26,314 bases of DNA from Spirochaetales bacterium (GCA_017614625.1 JAGABK010000068.1:1-26314); one strand, 5' to 3'. Counted from the stretch's first letter, positions 17,244-24,229 are shown. Made by a program: numbers and translations. Notes: generated by a model from the sequence alone, not told the origin.

Positions 17244-18098
17244 TCAGCTTTCCTTTAAAATCAGTTTTTCAATGGCCTTTGCGAAGCCGTCCTCGTCATA
17301 TCTGTCGGTCACGTAGTCGGCGATGGCCTTCACATCGTCCGGGGCGTTCTCCAACGTCACGCCAATGGCTGCATGCTGCATCATCTGGCCGTCCAGAAGC
17401 ATCGAATCGCCTATGCTCAGGACGTTGTCGAACGTGATGCCTATGCGGTCCAGCAGCACCTGCATGGCCTCTATGCAGTCCATGTCGCGGTTGAAGACCT
17501 GGATTCCCACGGGGTCCGACAGCTTGGTCCCTGCGAAAGGCATGCTGTTGAAACGGTCCTGCATGTCCTGGAACTCCTCCTCCGGGATTCCGTAGAGGTT
17601 GATCTTCTCCAGTCCTATGTTGTTCTCAAGGAAGTAGTCAGAAAGCTTTCCCTCCACGGTCACCGGCCTGCCGGATGCGTACATGTACCATACGTGGTGA
17701 GGCGGCACCGGGTATTTCCACAGATTGTCCATGACCTGTTTCTCGAAGAAAAGCTTGCCTTCGGCCGCGACCTCGCAGTAGATGCCCTTGCCTTCGAAGA
17801 CCCTGCAGATTTCCGAGCTCTGCTGTGGCGTGAACGTGCTTTTGTAGATTATCTCACCGGTCTGCCTGTCCAGGACCCTGGCTCCGCAGCAGGTGAACCA
17901 GTACCTGTATGAAGGGTCCTCGAACTGCGGCGGGAACATGTCCGCGGACCTTCCCGTGCAGGGAATGCAGACGATTCCCCTCTTCTGAAGCTCCTGCAAC
18001 GCGCGGAAGTTGCGCGGGCTGAGCCAGATCTTGTCTTTCTGAAGTGTGGTTCCGTCAAAATCCAGGGTTATCGCCTTGATTTCACAATTATCAAACAT
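17244..18098 (-). CDS. Cof-type HAD-IIB hydrolase with atypical motifs III/IV, 284 aa
   Basis: Motif I LDFDGT, motif II TGRS, and C-terminal GD...D..M...A.IGV.LENA.DDVKAIADYVT....EDGFAKAI. Confidence 0.85.
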   Translation of the reverse strand: MFDNCEIKAITLDFDGTTLQKDKIWLSPRNFRALQELQKRGIVCIPCTGRSADMFPPQFEDPSYRYWFTCCGARVLDRQTGEIIYKSTFTPQQSSEICRVFEGKGIYCEVAAEGKLFFEKQVMDNLWKYPVPPHHVWYMYASGRPVTVEGKLSDYFLENNIGLEKINLYGIPEEEFQDMQDRFNSMPFAGTKLSDPVGIQVFNRDMDCIEAMQVLLDRIGITFDNVLSIGDSMLLDGQMMQHAAIGVTLENAPDDVKAIADYVTDRYDEDGFAKAIEKLILKES

Positions 18099-18192
18099 AC
18101 TTGATATATTAATCGAAAAAACGATTCTGCTCCACCCTGAAATTATTGAGAAACGGCTGGCGTTTTTCCCTCATAGCTGGAATACTGTACAT

Positions 18193-19986
18193 ATGAAGAG
18201 AACCGCTGCCCTTGCCATCCTCGCGCTGCTTCTGATCGCGGCCCTGCCCCTGTGCGCGACCCAGGTGAAAGCAAAGACCTTTCCCCTGGATTCCGAGATA
18301 TACGACCTCATGGACGCCCTCTATTCGATCCAGGGCCTCGCCCGCCCGTCGACAGGACGCCCGTGGTCTCAGTCCGAGGCAGATCTCATCTTCTCCCGCA
18401 TCGACGGCACAGACCTGTCCCCCGCGGCGAAGAACGCATACACCCGCATTGAGGAGCTTCTGGCCGATGGCATGCGATGGGACTTCGACGACTACGGCCT
18501 TGGCGTGAAGTTGGACCTTGCCATCGAGGCCTATCTCCATTCCAATGCCGATGACTTCACGACCGATGCCGACTGGCTGCGCGGTTTCGAGGACCGCCGC
18601 CCGCTGGCGAAGCTGTCGATGGACTTCTCCGTCTCCGATTTCTTCTACACCTACTGCGACCTGCAGTACGGCTACGGGCGTGTTTCGAAGTACGACACCT
18701 TCATAGCCCTCAATCCGGACCACAGCGGCGGCCTTCTCTCCAACGACGGCTACATCGGCAGCTACAAGATGGACGGAGGATCACACATCCTGGCCTGGTC
18801 GGCCCAGTACTCCCCCGTCTTCGCAACCAACATCATCCCCAAGAGCGACCATTTCGACTTCATATGGCCCAAGCGCGCGCTGATAGCCGTAGCCGGAGAC
18901 CGGTGGAGCCTCCAGTTCGGCCGCGACAGGCTCGAGATCGGAAACTCGACCCTGGGGAACCTCCTCGTGGACAACCACACCGACTTCGAGGACTATTTCA
19001 CCGCCGCCTTCTTCAGCAGCGGCTTCAAATACCAGTGGACCAACCTCTTTCTGAACGGAATCTCGGACAACGCCGAGGTCCGTACGGACGACACCAGGAT
19101 CTTCATGATCCACACCCTGGAGTTCCGCCCGCTGAAGAACCTGTCCTTCACCATCTCCGAGGACGTCATGTTCAAGATCGCCTCGGACAACAACAGCCCG
19201 CAGGTCCTGGACTTCTCCTTCCTGAACCCGGCCTTCATCTGGCACAACCTCAACAACCGCTCGATGTTCAACGCCATAGCGTACGCAGAAGCCGCCTGGA
19301 CGCCGGTCAGGGGTCTTGAGGTCTACGGCCAGTTCGCGCTGGACCAGGCAGTGGCCCCGAACGAGAACCACGACCAGGGCGACGCCTGGGGTCTGGTGAC
19401 AGGCTCGAAGTACACCACCGTCCTCGGAAGCGGTATCGCCGTCTTCCATGCCGAGTTCGCCCACACCACACCGCTCCTGTACCGCCGCGACAAGGTCGAT
19501 TTCGTCAAGATGACCCGCTATTTCCATCTGACAACCGAAAGCCAGCTCCAGCCCGACTCGGATTACGCAAGCTTCTCCAGCAACGCACTGGTGTTCGAAT
19601 ACATCGGCTTCCCCTACGGAGGCGACGTGCAGGCGCTGGAGATCGGAGGAAAATGGATGCTGCCCGGGACTCTCAAGGTCACGGCCTACGCCAGGTTCCT
19701 CCAGCAGGGAGAGTTCAACCTCTTCGTCTCGCACAGCATGGACGGCTACAACGACAACATGCCCAACTACACGGGGAACACCCCGTCAGGAACAAACTGG
19801 ACGCGCTGCATCTTCCTCTCCTCCAATGTGGAGTACAGGATGGACAGCCTCTTCGACTGGCCGGGCGTGACGCTTGAAGCCCAGCTGGACTGGATCGGGA
19901 AATGGAGCTACGCAGCCGACACGAAAACCTATTCCGGCGGCCGCACGGATACCCAGTTCTCGATCAGTGTGAATGTGGAGATATGA
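18193..19986 (+). CDS. Wzi-like outer-membrane beta-barrel protein, paralog 4, 597 aa
   Basis: Start reassigned from 18046 to ATG 18193 (signal peptide MKRTAALAILALLLIAALPLCA). Motifs IYDLMDALY..QGLARPSTGRPWS, FGRDRLEIGNSTLGNLLVD, HTLEFR, LNPAFIWHN, EVYGQFALDQ, terminal DTQFSISVNVEI. Visibly closest to paralog 2. Confidence 0.78.
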   Translation: MKRTAALAILALLLIAALPLCATQVKAKTFPLDSEIYDLMDALYSIQGLARPSTGRPWSQSEADLIFSRIDGTDLSPAAKNAYTRIEELLADGMRWDFDDYGLGVKLDLAIEAYLHSNADDFTTDADWLRGFEDRRPLAKLSMDFSVSDFFYTYCDLQYGYGRVSKYDTFIALNPDHSGGLLSNDGYIGSYKMDGGSHILAWSAQYSPVFATNIIPKSDHFDFIWPKRALIAVAGDRWSLQFGRDRLEIGNSTLGNLLVDNHTDFEDYFTAAFFSSGFKYQWTNLFLNGISDNAEVRTDDTRIFMIHTLEFRPLKNLSFTISEDVMFKIASDNNSPQVLDFSFLNPAFIWHNLNNRSMFNAIAYAEAAWTPVRGLEVYGQFALDQAVAPNENHDQGDAWGLVTGSKYTTVLGSGIAVFHAEFAHTTPLLYRRDKVDFVKMTRYFHLTTESQLQPDSDYASFSSNALVFEYIGFPYGGDVQALEIGGKWMLPGTLKVTAYARFLQQGEFNLFVSHSMDGYNDNMPNYTGNTPSGTNWTRCIFLSSNVEYRMDSLFDWPGVTLEAQLDWIGKWSYAADTKTYSGGRTDTQFSISVNVEI

Positions 19987-20585
19987 AGCGCAAGATCCTT
20001 TTACTTCTGCTTTCCGTAATGCTTTGCATGGAATTGTCCGCAACCTTCAGCATCGACATCAGGACGGGCATCACAAAAACTGAAGCCGGTATCGGTATCG
20101 GAATCGGCAGGAACGAGCTGAAGGTCGGTTGCACGTCGGCTTATCCGAATCTGGCCTTCCACATGAAGCAGGAGGAAGACTGGCAGTTCAAGTACTATAC
20201 CACCGACATGGCCGGCCTTCTTCTGGATGCGTTCTACTACTACAATTCAATGGAAGTGGGCATGCTGTTCGGTCTGTCAGGGGAAAGCAGCGCCGTCTCG
20301 GTGCATCTGGGTCCGCAGCTGTATTGCAGCCATACTGACGGAAAGTGGATCGGAATCGACCTCACCGAAACGGACATAGGAATCAACCTTGCCGCCGTCG
20401 TGAAGGCTCACCTCTCGAAACACTTCGGTCTGAGCGTTCAATGCGGAATTCCCCTGGCGCACGTGGCGTTCTCGAAAAACCAGGAAATCTGCTTCTCAAG
20501 CATCCTCTCGGACGAACGTATACTGAAGGAAGTCCTCTATTCGGTTTCGGCAGGCCTGTTCCTTGAATTCGGAGGCGGAAGATGA
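19983..20585 (+). CDS. Small (200 aa) signal-peptide protein, predicted outer-membrane beta-barrel
   Basis: ATG 19983 overlaps the upstream stop as ATGA. Signal peptide MKRKILLLLLSVMLCMELSA; beta-strand patterns (VSVHLGPQL, IGINLAAVVKAH, FGLSVQCGIP, VSAGLFLEF). Confidence 0.68.
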   Translation: MKRKILLLLLSVMLCMELSATFSIDIRTGITKTEAGIGIGIGRNELKVGCTSAYPNLAFHMKQEEDWQFKYYTTDMAGLLLDAFYYYNSMEVGMLFGLSGESSAVSVHLGPQLYCSHTDGKWIGIDLTETDIGINLAAVVKAHLSKHFGLSVQCGIPLAHVAFSKNQEICFSSILSDERILKEVLYSVSAGLFLEFGGGR

Positions 20586-22156
20586 GACGACGTGCGATAA
20601 TCCTGCTCTGCCTGCTGTCCGTTCTCCTTCTTCCCTCCTGCACGGAATACATCCCGTTCCTGGAGGAGAAAGCCGGTTCGTTCGCATCGGTCAGCCAACG
20701 GGACGGAATCATATGCATAAGCGAGAACAACGGAGACGGCCGGGGAAGGCCCGTGACGCTGACTGCCGCCTTCAACGGAGACGGGGACCGTGAATACAGC
20801 TACCAGTGGTTCGTCTGCTCCGACGAGAGCAAGAGCGGCGGAATGAAGATCGACGGGGCGACGGAAAGGACCTACACCACCGGATACCTCGATGAGATCG
20901 GGAAAGTCTATTACTACTATTGCGAGATCACCGGAAAAGAAGGCCTCGTGAAGAAGACAAAGGAAACCAAGGTGTTCTATGTCTGCTGCACCGGACTGCC
21001 GACGCTCATCATCGACACCGAGAACAATGCGGAGATCGTGAACAAGACGGACAAGATCCCTGCGACGATCAGATACGTCTCGGCCACGCAGGACCTCGAG
21101 CTGGCATCGACGGTCAAGGGACGCGGCAACGCAAGCTGGTACTATTTCCCGAAACGGGGCTATACGATCAAGCTGGACAAGAAAACCGCCTTCGGGAGCC
21201 TTCCGAAAAGCAAGAAGTGGGTCCTGGTGTCCAATTACAACGACAAGACCCTCCTGAGGAACTGGTTCGCCTCCTTCATGGACAACACCGTCCTGGATAA
21301 CGATACCAACTGGAATCCGAGGTACATCCACGTGGACTGCATCCTGAACGGAGAATACATCGGCAACTACACCCTGGTGGAGCAGATCAGAATCGATGAC
21401 AACAGGCTGAACCTGCCGGACATCGCCGAACAGGAGGATCCCGCGGACGGAGGATTCATCCTTGAAGTCAACTGGCGCATGGACGAGGCGTACAATTTCG
21501 TATCCGACCACGGAGTGAAATTCAGCCTGAAGGACCCGGACCTCGAGGACCTGGATGCCGATCAGGCGGAAGCCGTGTTCTCGTACATCAAGGCTCTGGT
21601 CAACAACGCAGAGGATGTGCTGTACTCGGATGACTTCGACCATTTCGCCTCTTATTTCGACATCCCCTCCTTCGTGGACTGGTACATCGTCAATGAGATA
21701 GCCAAGACCTGGGACGGCAGATTCAGCACCTCCGTCTACATGTATTACGATCCGGACGATTCCCTCATCCACATGGGACCGGACTGGGATTACGACGATG
21801 CGTGGGGTGGAACCGACTCGCAAGACAGGGTCTCGACCGACGGCTTCTATCTCAACGACTGCGCATGGTACGCGCATCTGTTCAAGTGTCCGGATTTCGT
21901 TTCCGCCCTGAAGGACAGATGGAACGACAGGAAGGCGGCGATAATCGACTCCGTCAACCATCTGCAGGCCATGTCGGAGACCCTTGCCGTTTCGGCGGAC
22001 CTGAATTTCAAGAAATGGGACATCCTCGGCACAAGGGTCTTCACCTCAGCCCCGGGCTACGAGAAGAGGAAGACCTATCAGAGCGAGATCGATTTCATGA
22101 AGAACTGGATACTTGAGAGAATCGAATGGCTTGATCCTGCGATCAACGGCCTATGA
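20582..22156 (+). CDS. CotH kinase-family lipoprotein with N-terminal Ig-like domain, copy B, 524 aa
   Basis: ATGA overlap with the upstream gene. Lipobox VLLLPS-C. Motifs TGLPTLIIDT, VKGRGNASW, PKRGYTIKL, KWVLVSNYNDKTLLRN, LNGEYIGNY..VEQIR, KTWD, MGPDWDYD. Confidence 0.9.
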   Translation: MRRRAIILLCLLSVLLLPSCTEYIPFLEEKAGSFASVSQRDGIICISENNGDGRGRPVTLTAAFNGDGDREYSYQWFVCSDESKSGGMKIDGATERTYTTGYLDEIGKVYYYYCEITGKEGLVKKTKETKVFYVCCTGLPTLIIDTENNAEIVNKTDKIPATIRYVSATQDLELASTVKGRGNASWYYFPKRGYTIKLDKKTAFGSLPKSKKWVLVSNYNDKTLLRNWFASFMDNTVLDNDTNWNPRYIHVDCILNGEYIGNYTLVEQIRIDDNRLNLPDIAEQEDPADGGFILEVNWRMDEAYNFVSDHGVKFSLKDPDLEDLDADQAEAVFSYIKALVNNAEDVLYSDDFDHFASYFDIPSFVDWYIVNEIAKTWDGRFSTSVYMYYDPDDSLIHMGPDWDYDDAWGGTDSQDRVSTDGFYLNDCAWYAHLFKCPDFVSALKDRWNDRKAAIIDSVNHLQAMSETLAVSADLNFKKWDILGTRVFTSAPGYEKRKTYQSEIDFMKNWILERIEWLDPAINGL

Positions 22157-23770
22157 TCAGTACGCGATTGCCGCACCCAGGACGAACTGGTGGTCTGTGA
22201 CCCCGTCGGCATAGCCCAGGTTGTACTGCCCGTAGACGCCTATGTGCGCATTCAGTTCCTTCCTTCCGTAGAGCTGAAGATAACCGAAGGTCTTCTTCTC
22301 CCCGCTCAGCGCCCAGGACTTCTCTCCGTGGTAGTATTTCGAGTCTATGCGCTTCTCTCCGTGGATCATCCAGAAGAGCTCGGCCTTGACGGTGAAGTCG
22401 CCGGGAACGGTGTATGAGGCGCGCAGGTCCAGGACCGCGGCGTCGCCGCCGTACGGATAACCTATGAAGTACCTCTTGTAATCAAGACCTCCGCCTGCGG
22501 ACCTCACGATTCCCACGAAACCCAGTCCCGGGTCGTCGTCCGGCTGGTTGTCCGCGGAGGTCGACCTGAGATAGAGGAAAGGCAGCGTGTACACGGCCTC
22601 GAGGTTCAGACCGAGGACTCCCTTGCCCACTACGGAGGAATGTCTGATTCCGAACATCCAGCCCATCTCGTCCGGAGAACTGTCCCCGCCTACGGCCTCG
22701 CCAGGCGATGAGGCGTCATCCAGCAGGTACTGGGCATAGACGTTCCAGCCCTTTGCGAAGGCGAATACGGCCTCCATCGCCGCAGAATAATTCTGCTTGG
22801 GTTGGATGAAGTAATTGTGATAGAAATCCATCGGGTTGAAGTATCTGAAATCAAAGCCCGACCCGTCGTCGTTCTTCAGCACGGTGGTGTTGTTGAGCGA
22901 AAGTGACAGCTTCCCGGAGAAGAAGTACCCCTCCACCCTGCTCGTCATGTACAGGAAAGAGCCTTTGACGTTGTCCGGGCTCGTCTTCATCAGATCCGGA
23001 TGCCAGAAGGAAACAAGGGCATACGAGAACTTGAACCGGGATCCGAACATGTTGAACCTGAGCAGATTCTGAAACGGAAAACTGTCGCTCAGAATCAGAT
23101 TGCCCGTCTCACCTGCTCCGATCGAGAAACGGTCCTTGCCCAGCTCGATATTCCAGAACGACCCGCCTGCGGATATGAACGCACGGTCCGGAACAAGAAA
23201 ATCGAGGTCATAGGTAAATCCTTCCGGGGAGAAATAGGCCAGGTCGGAGTTGAAGTTGTAAGCATGGAAGGGAACATCCCCGACCCAGTCCGCGTTTCTG
23301 ACCTGAAGCGAGAAAAATAAGTAGAAGGAATCCTTCCCGTAGATGCCCGCTTTCGCGTTCAGCGTGGTGCTGTCGTTGTCCCCGAACATCCTGAAGAAGT
23401 AGTTCTCCGTCTCGTCGAAGGGATAGTCGAAGGATGTGTCCGTATGATAATAGGCGTTGACAGCGGAGCTCACACCGAGACGGATGTCGACTACATCGTC
23501 GAACGAGTAAGTTGCCTTCTTTCCTATTTCCTTCATCACAAAGGCATACAATTCAGGTGACGTGGACTCCGACACCATTGAAAGATACTTCTGCGCCTCT
23601 GCCACGCTCCACGGCCTTGTGGTCGAAGGCATGGCCTTGCCCTCCATGATGAAAAGGGCGTCCATGGCATCATACACCCCGCTGGTCAGGGGGATGATCT
23701 CCTGCCCGTTCATGGCAAACATCGTGAAAGCGACAAGAATGAAAGCAATAACAGCCACTGCCCTTTTCAT
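22157..23770 (-). CDS. Wzi-like outer-membrane beta-barrel protein, paralog 5, 537 aa
   Basis: SD GAGGAG; signal peptide MKRAVAVIAFILVAFTMFA. Motifs VYDAMDALF..EGKAMPSTTRPWS, LGKDRFSIGAGETGNLILSD, FNPMDFYHN, NVYAQYLLDD, terminal DHQFVLGAAIAY. Confidence 0.77.
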   Translation of the reverse strand: MKRAVAVIAFILVAFTMFAMNGQEIIPLTSGVYDAMDALFIMEGKAMPSTTRPWSVAEAQKYLSMVSESTSPELYAFVMKEIGKKATYSFDDVVDIRLGVSSAVNAYYHTDTSFDYPFDETENYFFRMFGDNDSTTLNAKAGIYGKDSFYLFFSLQVRNADWVGDVPFHAYNFNSDLAYFSPEGFTYDLDFLVPDRAFISAGGSFWNIELGKDRFSIGAGETGNLILSDSFPFQNLLRFNMFGSRFKFSYALVSFWHPDLMKTSPDNVKGSFLYMTSRVEGYFFSGKLSLSLNNTTVLKNDDGSGFDFRYFNPMDFYHNYFIQPKQNYSAAMEAVFAFAKGWNVYAQYLLDDASSPGEAVGGDSSPDEMGWMFGIRHSSVVGKGVLGLNLEAVYTLPFLYLRSTSADNQPDDDPGLGFVGIVRSAGGGLDYKRYFIGYPYGGDAAVLDLRASYTVPGDFTVKAELFWMIHGEKRIDSKYYHGEKSWALSGEKKTFGYLQLYGRKELNAHIGVYGQYNLGYADGVTDHQFVLGAAIAY

Positions 23771-23858
23771 GGCGACAGTCTCCTCTTTTCCTTCATATGA
23801 TAACCCATATCGTCAGGATTTACAGCAACAGGCAAAAGTATTGGAAAAACAGTGATTT

Positions 23859-23909
23859 TACATTTTTTCGTCGGAAAAAGTGTGCTTGGACTACATTTTT
23901 TCGTCGGAA
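23859..23909 (+). repeat. Two perfect 18-bp direct repeats TACATTTTTTCGTCGGAA
   Basis: Copies at 23859-23876 and 23892-23909 (33-bp period), in the region upstream of the Wzi-like gene that starts at 23770. Confidence 0.9.
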
Positions 23910-23929
23910 TAATTGCTATAACTGCATTA

Positions 23930-23983
23930 TTGTTTGAATTGTTTGCTTTATTCGATTTGTTTGATTTGTTTGAATTGTTTGAA
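23930..23983 (+). repeat. Nonamer tandem block 1, consensus TTGTTTGAA x6
   Basis: Units TTGTTTGAA, TTGTTTGCT, TTATTCGAT, TTGTTTGAT, TTGTTTGAA, TTGTTTGAA. Confidence 0.9.
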
Positions 23984-24034
23984 AAAACTGGCTAAATTCT
24001 CATCATTGCCCATGAGAACTGAGCTTCAGGCGGG

Positions 24035-24153
24035 ATTCGTTGTCATTCGTTGTTATTCGTGACACTCGTGAGCGTCGTGACCACCGTGACACTCGTGCTC
24101 GTCGTGGCGTCCGTGACCTTCGTGGCGTCCGTGACCGTCGTGGCACTCACGAC
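24035..24153 (+). repeat. Degenerate tandem block 2: two 10-mers (ATTCGTTGTY), then a 9-bp period with an invariant CGTG core x10
   Basis: CGTG occurs at 24058, 24067, 24076, 24085, 24094, 24103, 24112, 24121, 24130 and 24139. Its reverse complement CACG follows in register at 24148. Confidence 0.88.
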
Positions 24154-24166
24154 AATTCCTCGTATT

Positions 24167-24229
24167 TCGTCAACGTCGTCAACGTCGTCAACGCCCTCAA
24201 CGTCCTCAACGTCCTCAACGCCCTCAACG
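24167..24229 (+). repeat. Nonamer tandem block 3, YCSTCAACG x7
   Basis: TCGTCAACG x3, CCCTCAACG, TCCTCAACG x2, CCCTCAACG. The last unit contains the rlmB stop codon. Confidence 0.92.

Noticed and set aside
3418-19119. Perfect 24-bp inverted repeat AGGATCTTCATGATCCACACCCTG (3418-3441 and 19096-19119) as a possible inversion site
   Set aside because: It encodes the conserved RIFMIHTL motif of paralogs 2 and 4 using the genome's preferred codons. Neighbouring conserved motifs show synonymous differences, and there is no recombinase nearby. Paralogy explains it sufficiently.
831-21961. Long opposite-strand ORFs in the track (for example 831-1907+, 3196-4278+, 8740-10425+, 11522-12481-, 16216-17316+, 18781-19734-, 20537-21961-)
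   Set aside because: They are antisense shadows of real genes with strong codon bias (few stop codons on the opposite strand). They have no recognisable motifs or RBS and fully overlap well-supported CDSs.
23859-24229. Possible CRISPR array or DGR variable/template repeat
   Set aside because: The units are 9 bp with no 20-40 bp unique spacers. There are no cas or reverse transcriptase genes, and no adenine-specific paired repeats, in the window.
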